A stretch of 63,793 nt of DNA, filler included, from Piptocephalis cylindrospora (taxonomy: Eukaryota), in NCBI GenBank assembly GCA_003614145.1. It is 7 parts of 7 records of this genome, joined end to end, with 100 filler letters (N's around TTAATTAATTAA, not from the genome) between each part and the next. Parts side by side here need not be neighbours in the genome. Positions count along the whole stretch, not along the records: positions 1 to 9,087 come from KZ988109.1; positions 9,188 to 18,269 come from KZ988110.1; 5 more parts are not named here. One strand, given 5' to 3'. The first letter of the stretch is position 1; each line of letters starts with the position of its first letter. Under the pieces are notes generated by a model. That model did not search any database. It was not told the origin of the DNA and saw only the letters and a list, made by a program, of their open reading frames with translations. The position numbers and the translations under genes were made by a program. Of the stretch, positions 1 to 9,203 are shown piece after piece.

Positions 1-2
1 AT

Positions 3-431
3 AATGCTTCTCTGGTCCAAAAGGCAAAACAGCTCTGGACCTTCACCGGTCATCTCCTCCTCGGAAATGTCCGTCCCACCGTCACTGGTTTCTCCCTCCT
101 CCTTGAGGCCGCCATCACCACCGAGGCCATGCTCTTCCTTTTGCCCCAGATCACCCTTCTGGTTACCGCTATTCTTGCACCCGTCCCCGCTCTCGCCGTT
201 TACTCTGCCCTCATCATCACCACCCTCATCGCCTCCATCTCTCCCATTGTTGCCAAGACCGTCAAGTATGTCATTGATGGAGACATTGATGTTATGGTTC
301 GTGGCTTCTCCGAACTCTATGAGATGCGCAATGTTCGTTGGTCCATTGGGTCTGATGGTCTTTTCCATCCTGTTGGTCCTGGAGCCTCTCCTCCTCGTAC
401 CAACCCCATCATCTATCATCCCTCTCATTAA
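3..431 (+). CDS. 5'-truncated hypothetical membrane protein (C-terminal part)
   Basis: The frame of ORF 129..431 is open back to the window start (NASLVQKAKQLWTFTGHLLLG...). It has a long hydrophobic stretch, MLFLLPQITLLVTAILAPVPALAVYSALIITTLIASISPIV. No family recognised. Confidence 0.5.
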   Translation, partial: NASLVQKAKQLWTFTGHLLLGNVRPTVTGFSLLLEAAITTEAMLFLLPQITLLVTAILAPVPALAVYSALIITTLIASISPIVAKTVKYVIDGDIDVMVRGFSELYEMRNVRWSIGSDGLFHPVGPGASPPRTNPIIYHPSH

Positions 432-693
432 TGGGGAAAACATTGTGTGACGAGGAGTATCCACCACCTTGATCATCTCTGTATTCCTTCTTTTCATTGA
501 AGGATGAATTATATTCACTGTCTTGACCGTGTCTATTCCTAATTTTTCCACTTATGGCTGCATTGTTATCTCCTTCACACGTCATCATACACCGCTCCCT
601 AGGAGAAATATTGATCAAAGTGGCATTTTCTGTTTCATCACACTACAATACCTCTCTTTCTCGTTCAGTGATGTTCAAGGCCATCTATCACCA

Positions 694-1146
694 TTAGAAG
701 TATCCAAGCGACCTGAGAGAACCATGAATTGTCAAAATGGCGAGGCCCAGAAGACTTATGGTAGACATGGGAGCTCCAGGCATCCGGCCAGCAGACCCCT
801 TGGACTGGTAGCCCCATCCGTACAGCTGACGTCCGAGGATGTAGATCGAGGAGACCATGACGCTGGCCCGGGGATAGAAGAGTCCAGAGAGGAGGGTGAG
901 GATTTGGGCCGAAGGCAGTTGTTCCAGGTAGTTGTGGTGAGCTCTTTGGTAATTGTTAAAGGTCTCCCAGTCCTTATCCGATAGCTTGGCCGCATGCCGA
1001 CCATTGCCCATGTCCGGGTAGGGAACGTTGAAGCGCTTCCGCTGGGCGCCCGCGGAAAATCCAAAAGTGGTGCATTGGATGGCCATGGCTGCGACGGCCA
1101 GGGCACACCAGGCGAATTCGGGTTGAAAGGCGATAAGGGCAGACAT
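694..1146 (-). CDS. MAPEG family protein (microsomal glutathione S-transferase 3-like)
   Basis: 150 aa, intronless, with about 4 TM segments. Motifs RKRFNVPYPDMG and FNNYQRAHHNYLE match the MGST3-type FNC.QRAHQN.LE, followed by GRQLYGWGY. Confidence 0.92.
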   Translation of the reverse strand: MSALIAFQPEFAWCALAVAAMAIQCTTFGFSAGAQRKRFNVPYPDMGNGRHAAKLSDKDWETFNNYQRAHHNYLEQLPSAQILTLLSGLFYPRASVMVSSIYILGRQLYGWGYQSKGSAGRMPGAPMSTISLLGLAILTIHGSLRSLGYF

Positions 1147-2014
1147 GGTAGATGAATGTGTGTGGGAGGATGTTTGAAATGGGTGTGGGATGGTTTGACG
1201 AGCGTGAGAGGATGAATCGGCTTAGGGGCGTCTTGCTTGGTTACATTGGCTATCTTATTTATACATGATTTAACCAGGACGTGTCTCACGCTTTAAATCA
1301 TCTCTTACGTTTAAAGGGCGGGTGAGACTCGGATTCGTACAGATGGTTTTACACATCCCACACATCCTGCACTAAAGATGCGAGGACAGACACCTTTCCT
1401 CTCCTCCCTACCTATCTCCCCCACACATGGACCATTCATCAATGACCACATCCATACATTACTGAAGTGGGAAAAGAAAGGTTAGGGAGAGAGGCAAGGT
1501 AAACACACTCTGCACCAAGGTTGGTGGCGGGTTGGGGGGCGATGTGTGTACGTGTGTATGTGTGACCTTTCCAATCCCCAGACATACCTTTGCTAGCTTA
1601 GGTAAGCGAGGAAGTCATGAAAGCAGTCATCATGGTATACTTACAGATCAAGAGAAATCGCTGACCAGCCATGCCTGCTGAATTTCATGTATTTCGTATA
1701 TGCATGACGGGGCTTGACCTAACGGGATGGGATTGTGGAGGCAGTTCATACATCGTTCTAATGGTCACTTCATAAGGTATAATGTACTATTGCTTAGTGT
1801 TATAGATTTACAGGACCATCATCTCGCCGCTCTCTACTAGAGATCTACACGTTCTTATTGTTTATGAACTAGCTGCATGACCCTAAGCATCCTCTCTTTT
1901 TCTCAGTAGAGAAGAAAATCAAAACACATATTACTACTATGAGTAGAGAACGATTCATTCCACTCCACACCATACCATCCCTCTCACATCGTGTCAGATA
2001 TCATCATGATAATC

Positions 2015-2696
2015 CTATTTGGATTCATCTCCAAGGGTACCAGCCGACTCAAGACTGGGCATGTCATCTTCATCATCGGAGTCTCCACCGGCATCACCGC
2101 CGGCACCGGCCATGGCACTGCTCAAATCACCCATACCGGGCATGTTGGCAAACTGGGAAAAGTCCATGCCACCAGCACCGCCGGCCCCACCACCCATCAT
2201 CATGGGGTTCATACCTCCAGCCCCTCCGCCCATCATCATGGGGTCCATGCCACCAGTAGGGTCCTCCTCCTCCTCAGACTCATCCTCATCCTTCCACCGG
2301 GCAAAATCAGTCTTGAGGAAGGGGAGCTTGACCTTGTCCTTGAGGAGACGAGGCCACCAGCCCTCATCGTGGGTCTTCTTATCCAGGATCAGGAAGATGT
2401 TTCGGGCCGATCGCTGAGTCTTGGTGTTGTCAGCATTGAGTTCGGCGTACAGGTCCAGGTGGAAGGCGTATTCTTTCCCCGAGGCATCCTTGGCCTTGAA
2501 GTCAATGGATGTGGGCTCCACAGTCAGGGTATAGCCCTCGGCCAAGTCCGAGACGTTGATGGTGAGGTAGATCTCGTTGGCCCTCTGAGCCCACAGGAGT
2601 TCGGGGTGTGCAGTCCTAGACGGGGGGAAAGGGAAGGGGGGATGGGGGTGAGATGAGAGGACGGGTGAGATTAGCGAATGGGGCTGTTACATACAT
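2015..2696 (-). CDS. SBA1: Hsp90 co-chaperone p23 (CS domain), 2 coding exons: 2696-2695 (AT) and 2615-2015
   Basis: The spliced product reads MTAHPELLWAQRANEIYLTINV...WWPRLLKDKVKLPFLKTDFARWKDEDE, followed by a Gly/Met-rich and acidic tail. Intron 2694-2616 is GTATGT...TAG. Confidence 0.93.
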
Positions 2697-3261
2697 TGTG
2701 ATGAGAAGTTTCCTTGTTTACAACTGGGGAGAGAGAGGGGGAAAGGGAAGGGAGGGAGGGAGAGGAGAAGCGTGTTGCTGAGGTAAAGAAGGGGAGGAAG
2801 GAAGAGATATGGGCCTTGGAGGCGTGCGCCCTGGATCAAGCCATTCTTATAGAGCCCCTCGGCCGCACGCGTCCAACCCGCGTTCTCTTCACTTTCAGTG
2901 TCTTGGTGTCTGGGAAGGGGATGAGGGGGACGATGAGAGAGAGGGGCTATGATGTCTTTTGCGACTGGTGGGGCAAGCCATGGCTAAAACTGTGTGTGCG
3001 CGTATCGGTGCTGCCATAGTCAGAGAGAGGTATCTAGAAGGTGGGAGTTGTATCCTAGCGTCGTGGTTGACCTGTCAACACACTAGTTGTTATTAGCGAT
3101 GTCGGACCTCTCTACAGGCAGCACAGTCAAATTTCAGTGAGTTTAAATTGATGGCCATTTTCATGCTTGGATTCAATATGAATGTCTGGGCAGGGAGAGA
3201 TCTTGGAATTTGAGCTCATCCTAGCCTACCTGTTTTAGTCTCTTCCTCTCCTTTATCTGAC

Positions 3262-3695
3262 ATGTCCCATTCTTTGTAAGTTCCCAACAGCACCTATCCG
3301 AGACCCCCTTCTATCTACTGCTTCGTCTCGTCTCATCCCATCCTATAGGTCCTTGTCCATCCCCTTCCCGGAACGTCGATTGGCCGAACATGCCTGTCAA
3401 GTCTTGAGTGTGGATCCAGAGCTCAAGCCCTCGGCGATCCAAAGAACTTTTTCCGTGTCTGATGCAGGGGCCTTGGAAATGTAAGTGAGTGTGTGTGTAT
3501 GTATATGTACATGGGGAAAAAGGGGATCGTAGATAATGCCCCTTTCCTTACCTATTCCCTTGCCTTTGACACAGACATTTCCAAAGTGACAATCTCAAAC
3601 TGATTCGCGTATCGGCCAATGGACTCCTCGAACTCCTCCACGTTATCATTCGGACCATGGATGCCTTTGACCCCATGAAGAGCAAGAGGACATAA
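3262..3695 (+). CDS. PCC1: KEOPS/EKC complex subunit Pcc1 (LAGE3 family), exons 3262-3275, 3349-3480, 3575-3695
   Basis: Manual splicing over two GTAAGT...AG introns gives MSHSLSLSIPFPERRLAEHACQVLSVDPELKPSAIQRTFSVSDAGALEIHFQSDNLKLIRVSANGLLELLHVIIRTMDAF..., matching the Pcc1 pattern IPFP...L.VD.EL...LRVS.N. Not present in the ORF track. Confidence 0.88.
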
Positions 3696-3857
3696 TCTGT
3701 CCTACTGACTGTGCAATGAAACCTCACCGAACATATGTATTCTTCCATTCCCAGTCTCATTGAACATGTGTATACTACCATCCCATTTCTAGTCTTGATC
3801 TCAATGTATAATGCATAAAAAATAATATGGGCATCTCCTGCCGCAGGAAACTCACGA

Positions 3858-5682
3858 TTACAACCACTCTAGGATCAGCTCAACGGCTTTAGCCTTGGCC
3901 GCGGTCGAGGGATCACGGACCCTTCCAAGCATGTCCAGGGTCCTGGAGATCTCCTGGTGTTTGTACCGACCCTGAACCCACTGGGTCCTCTCAAGTATGA
4001 GCGCAAGGACCATGAGAGTCTGAATACGAACGTGGGTCTCCTCTTCTCCCAGATCCCAGAGGTCTCGGATGAGAACGTCGATGAGGATGGAGAGATCATT
4101 AGTGTAGAAGAAAGTGCCTGTTTCCGGCTGGGCGAATAAACCGGCAAATAGGGTGAGGAGATCTGATCTGGCCTGTAATGAGGCTGCAGCAAGGGAAAAG
4201 TGAGTCGGGAGAAGGATCAATGCACCAAGGAGGGAAAGGTACACTGACGTTCATGGATAAAGAGAGAGATGATGTTCTCTTCAAAGGCCCTGGCTCGTCG
4301 TCGCCTTTGAGTGAGGATGCGAATGAGTTGTCTTTGTCCTCCATCCTGGCCAGGGGAGGCAGCATCTATCCTGGCAAGGAGGAGGAGGACTTGATGGACA
4401 AAGGGCCTTTCAGGCCCATCCCCATCCTGTCCGTACATCTCCACGAGGTCCAAGAGACGGTTGACCGTGGCATCATCCACCATGTCTATGGTTGATGGGA
4501 GGGGGGGGGGGGATGAGGTGATGGCCTGGGAGAAGGGAAGGGGAAGATCATAGTCTTTTTCACTTACCAAGATCATTGGGACCAATGTCCCGATTAGCCA
4601 AAACTTGCCAAAGAAGGGCTACTGAGAGTCTTTGTGTCCAAAAATCTGGAAGAAGGGGAAAGGGGGAAAGTGAGCTATGGGTAATGAGTTATGGGCTTTG
4701 GAAAGTACTGACCATCGATCTCGAGGATGTCCCGAAACCAATGGGTACACATGCCTCGATCATGGGCCTGGGAAAGGAGGTCCCGGTAGATCTGAGAGGT
4801 GGCCAGGAGAAGTTCGTAAACCAAGGCCCTCCTCTCTGTCTCACATTCCTCCTCGGCCAAATCAAAGAGATATGCGCAAGCATACGGGATGCATGGGAGG
4901 GAGAAGGCAGGGGAGTCGAGAAGACCAAGGCAATAGGAGGCTCTCATCTCCGGATCCAGGTAAAGAAGATCAGGTGGAGGAGAGGGAGAGCCCGGGATGG
5001 GGGATGGGGCGGAGGCGGGGGTAGATGTGGTGGTAGAGTACAAGAGGGTATCAATAAAGGCACGAATGGTCTTTTGAACTAATGTGGCACTGAATTCATG
5101 GGAGGAGGGGAAGCGATGGAGGATCCGGTCCAAGTGTTCCTCCAGCTTGGCCTGAGCCTGTCCTTGTTGATCCCGGTGGAGCTGGGAGAGGGTTCGGGAG
5201 TGACGAGTCCATCGACCGGGTTGATTTCTTGAAGTGGAACCTCGAGGTGAGGGAGAGTCATGAATGGGAGATGGAGGGGTCCTTGCGGGGTGGGCGTCTG
5301 AAGAATCGAGCCGAACATCCATGGCCGAATCGATCAGAGGATCCGGGTCGGCCTGGAGAGGCTCTTGAGTCATGAATGGATCTTCATCTATGGAAGCATT
5401 GTCATCGGCCCTGTTCCGATTATAGGAAACTCCAGAGTTGGACGAATCCGTATAGCCAAAATAATCGTCAGCAAAGATATCCCGATCCGGGATAGGGAAG
5501 GAGCTGTTGCTGTTGCTAGTCGATGCGGATGGAGAAAGGGGAGAGTCGGCAAAGGGATCCCCTTCTGCTGCTCCCGAGTTTGCTTCTGTTGGGCGTCGGT
5601 TTCGACGACCCGAGGAAGAGTCAGTTCGTCGGAATGCTGTGGAGGTTTGTAGCTGGTCTGCAAAGATGTTCACTGCTTCCAT
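3858..5682 (-). CDS. LDB17: WISH/DIP/SPIN90 family Arp2/3 activator (Ldb17/Dip1), about 4 exons
   Basis: C-terminal GTFFYTNDLSILIDVLIRDLWDL is the SPIN90/Ldb17 signature. ATG at 5682 (MEAVNIFADQ). GT-AG introns near 4712, 4567 and 4247 join the ORF pieces in frame. Confidence 0.82.
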
Positions 5683-6799
5683 TGAACTGAAGAGAAGGGG
5701 CTTGGAGGGGGCACAAAGGGATGATGGGCAAATACAGCAGGACGTACACAACAGTACCCGGCAAGGATAAGTTGGTCAAGCAAAAAGGGGGCTAGAAGGG
5801 GAGAGGGGGAGGAGGAGGAAAGGACGGTCAGGAAGTCAGACCAGGGTAGAGGCTGCGGTTTACGAGGGACTACCTCTCTTTATATTGTTGAAGAGAAGAA
5901 GAGGGGAAGGGAGCACAGGTCCTGGTCCCTCCCACCCCGTCCCACCCCGCCCTTCCGAGGAGGAGCGAAGGCTGTCCCGGTGAGCAGCATTAAGTCCCTG
6001 GAAGTACCAGACAAGAGCCCATGCACACGTTTCCTTTTGACCCCCTTTCCTGTGGTTACCTATTTCGCCGTCGTACCTGAAGATTCTTGGAAGTGTGGAG
6101 GTGGATATGCCTGATCCCCGCCTTCCTAAATCCCGCTTGCTCACTCCTAAAAGATCTTCCACGAACACCCCGCTCCCATGGTGTCAGCTGCAAGGAGCGT
6201 GTGGATGCATGAATTGAAATGCATCAGCCTTATTCGTTGGGTCAAAGATGATCTTTTCAGGAAGAACAGTTTTATATGATATGACTTCTCGATGAGAAAT
6301 ACGCCTGAGGTGCATTTCATGGTGTTATAAAAGCAAGAAGGCTCTGTGGTCTTTTGTATTCATCCTGCATCCCCAAAGGACCTTGAATGGATCACAACCA
6401 TGTTGTGTCTTGAGTGGGATTTCAATGGTGTTGTTGCTCGAGGATAGAATGGTAATCAACAGTGAGATGCACTCGAGTCCTAGGCCTTTCGCCAAGTCCG
6501 CACACTTCGCATAGACAACAACGTATTCAGAACTGGAAAGCATACATGTTTTTTATATATCTATCTAATAATAGAGCGATCGTCTTGATGGCATTTCGAA
6601 AAATGTCCTAGAGATGACTGGTGTGTTGTTTTTAAAAGAGAAGCCTGAAGACATCAAGTAGTAGTAAACAGCGAAATGTATTGGGAAAATTACAATCCTC
6701 CCTTTTTCCTAAAAGTCTTCACAGATTCATCTCAAAAAAAATGCAGAAATTTCACAAAATCGTCGCTTCCTCGATAGATCGTTCGATCCCTCCTATCTT

Positions 6800-7660
6800 C
6801 TCCTATAACCTCCTCCATTTCTCCTCCCATTTCTCCATCGTTCCCCTTTCAATGGCCGTCCTCCTCTTGGCACTCATCAGCATCCGAAGCAACATTCGTA
6901 ATTCATGCTTTAAATATAACCTGAGGACCGTCCCGGATGGACTTGATACAATCCGTAGAACCTCTCGATAAATACACCAAAATGTGCATCTAATGACCAG
7001 GATATTAGGTGCAGTTCCTAATGATCGTGTATCCTCGGAGACCCCACATCTCAGCCATTTTATCTCTTCCCGACCTCCTAACTTTGATTTTCAAGCTTTG
7101 ACTTCAAAAGCCTTTCACTTTATTATTAGCTCACCTGCTAGAGTTAGCGTTACTGTCTGCGGGGATTCCCTTTCGCTCTGGATGTGTGTTGCAAAAAGCT
7201 ATGCAATACATTATTCTCTTCTCTCTCTCCTTATGATCATGGAATATTATCAAGTGATAACACTGCTTCCTCCCATCCATCTCCTCTTTATTCTTCCATC
7301 AAATGATGATACGTATAGGACCAAAGAACCTGGGAAGTCGGGCATTCAAGGAATCGATGCTTTATGGTCTCCTCTTCTTCACCACACCTTGGGCACATAG
7401 GAGAGACGCCACGGAAGGAAAGAGATTGAGCCGTCCATAAAGCACTTTGATGAAAGTTCCATAGCAAATGGTGTATTTTTGGAGGTAGAACCGAGTGGAA
7501 AATTCCTGACCAAATCCTTGATGATGATGATGACGATAATGACCGTGCCATTTTTGATATTAAACTAGGAGCGCTTTTGGATGATACAACGCATTGGCAT
7601 CCACCGGTCCTTTGACCTTTGGTCAGTCTCGATAATGAAGATATTGACTCATATCCCATA
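6800..7660 (-). mobile_element. Decayed 3' end of a non-LTR retrotransposon (L1/Tx1-like ORF2, zf-RVT region)
   Basis: IWSGIFHSVLPPKIHHLLWNFHQSAL...CPRCGEEEETIKHRFLECPTSQVLW is a zf-RVT CCHC-type motif. Downstream ILVIRCTFWCIYRE...MEKWEEKW resembles L1-type C-termini. Interrupted by stops and frameshifts, and AT-rich. Confidence 0.75.
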
Positions 7661-8195
7661 TGCAGGAAGAAGGTATTTTTATTAGTAGAAGTGACAACGC
7701 CTGACCCACGGCTGGCGGGCCCTCGCAGGGTCCAACCCGAGGGGCATGGAAGTCACACCGGCCATGACGCCGGCACTCCATGTCCAGCGGGCGGGTGAAC
7801 AGACGGGCGCCCAAGCCACAGTTGAGGTGTAGGGGTCCACTCCCGGACATGTCGACCCCGGCCTGTTTGAGAACCGGCGATGTGCGAAGTGAGCCCCGCT
7901 ACGTAGCAGCTCCAGCGGGCCTCAGCTCATCGGGAAACACGGGACTGGTCGGCTAACCCCCGTTCTCCGCCCCACAGAAAGGACAGAACAAGGTGGGAAC
8001 GAGCCACGAAGGCAGACTCTATCCTTCGGGTGCAGAGCCGCCAGCCCTCCCCGCCCGGCCGCGCCTCGCTGCGCCGGCACACCGCCGTTTGAGTATGCCG
8101 GTGGGCACCGAGCTTTAGCCCGGGGACCGGACGTCGTTCAACTTACTCTCCGACCCCACTTGCTCGCCGCACGGCCTAGCCTAATGCCTCCGTTC

Positions 8196-8798
8196 CTACT
8201 CGGTACACTGCACCAGGCCGTTGAAGCCCAAATGCGATCGAGGGGTCTCCCACCAACTACAAGGGTGGGGCCCCACCACGAACGCGCACTCGTCCTCGGG
8301 TGTGGGGACGCAGGAAGCGGAGTTCTTGCCTGCTAAGCGCTTCGCGGCTTTTTGCAATTCGCTGTCGTCTGTCGCCAATTGCGCGTCGAAGATGTCTACC
8401 TGGCGTGCATGTAAACGTGCCGTATGCCAATCGTTTTCCCTACGCGCGACCTCGGCAGCCGACCCGGGGTGCAGGAGCTCCCTGGCTGAGTAGCGGTCTA
8501 TTTCTTCGGTAGCGATCCCGACCCACCTGTCCTGCAAGGCCCGCGCCATTGCGTGCCGCTTTTTGAGTACGGCGATCGTCTCGCACAACCGCTTGGCCTC
8601 CTCGCCCTTCTCGGTCTTGAGCCGTTTCGCGCTGATCTTCAGGCCCCCGACACACCGTAGGGGTCTAGAAGCGTTAATCCCGAGTCCGCCCCTAGCCGAG
8701 GAGCCCTCCCCCGAAACCAGGGCCGCGTGGCCGAAGTCCGGTTGCAGTGTCAAAGCTGCGATGAGTATCGTTAGTCCGGTTAGCCTGGAAAACAGCAT
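8196..8798 (-). CDS. Orphan secreted protein (200 aa, signal peptide, multiple KR/RR sites, 6 Cys)
   Basis: Intronless ORF with signal peptide MLFSRLTGLTILIAALTLQPDFGHA. On the coding strand, TATAAG lies ~180 bp upstream and AATAAA ~510 bp downstream. Confidence 0.65.
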   Translation of the reverse strand: MLFSRLTGLTILIAALTLQPDFGHAALVSGEGSSARGGLGINASRPLRCVGGLKISAKRLKTEKGEEAKRLCETIAVLKKRHAMARALQDRWVGIATEEIDRYSARELLHPGSAAEVARRENDWHTARLHARQVDIFDAQLATDDSELQKAAKRLAGKNSASCVPTPEDECAFVVGPHPCSWWETPRSHLGFNGLVQCTE

Positions 8799-9087
8799 TT
8801 AATACGTGAGGAGTCTGTAGGGATGTTTATTCCGCTCGGGTACGGGGAAGGTCGTTAGTTGTTTTTTTGTCCTAACTGTGAGGGGTGAGAGAAAAGCAAG
8901 GAGGGAAGGTTGAGAAGTCAGGTAAAGGATGGATGTATTTTCATGGAAGAGGGAATGGGGGGAGAACAGGAGGGCTTCTTATAATTGTGGGGGGAAGGGT
9001 TAGAGGGGAAGTGAGCAGGGACTTGATTAGGGATGAGTTAGGGAGGACTCATCCCGACTCGGTCTTGGCATTGGTCAGGGAAACGTC

Positions 9088-9187
9088 NNNNNNNNNNNNN
9101 NNNNNNNNNNNNNNNNNNNNNNNNNNNNNNNTTAATTAATTAANNNNNNNNNNNNNNNNNNNNNNNNNNNNNNNNNNNNNNNNNNNN
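9088..9187. other. Artificial contig linker (N44-TTAATTAATTAA-N44)
   Basis: 100-bp spacer with stops in all frames. Identical spacers occur at 18270-18369, 27397-27496, 36513-36612, 45617-45716 and 54713-54812. Confidence 0.99.
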
Positions 9188-9203
9188 CTCCCACAGGATT
9201 ACC

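Noticed and set aside
1991..2656. Long antisense ORFs opposite p23 (also opposite RACK1, NIK1, CAP and MsrA)
   Set aside because: Shadow ORFs caused by biased codon usage on the coding strand.
2703..2716. Heat-shock element-like GAAnnTTC near p23
   Set aside because: Only two units, and immediately next to the start codon; not distinguishable from chance.
9132..9143. Recurrent TTAATTAATTAA palindrome every ~9.1 kb
   Set aside because: Embedded in N runs; a synthetic linker, not a biological repeat or CRISPR.
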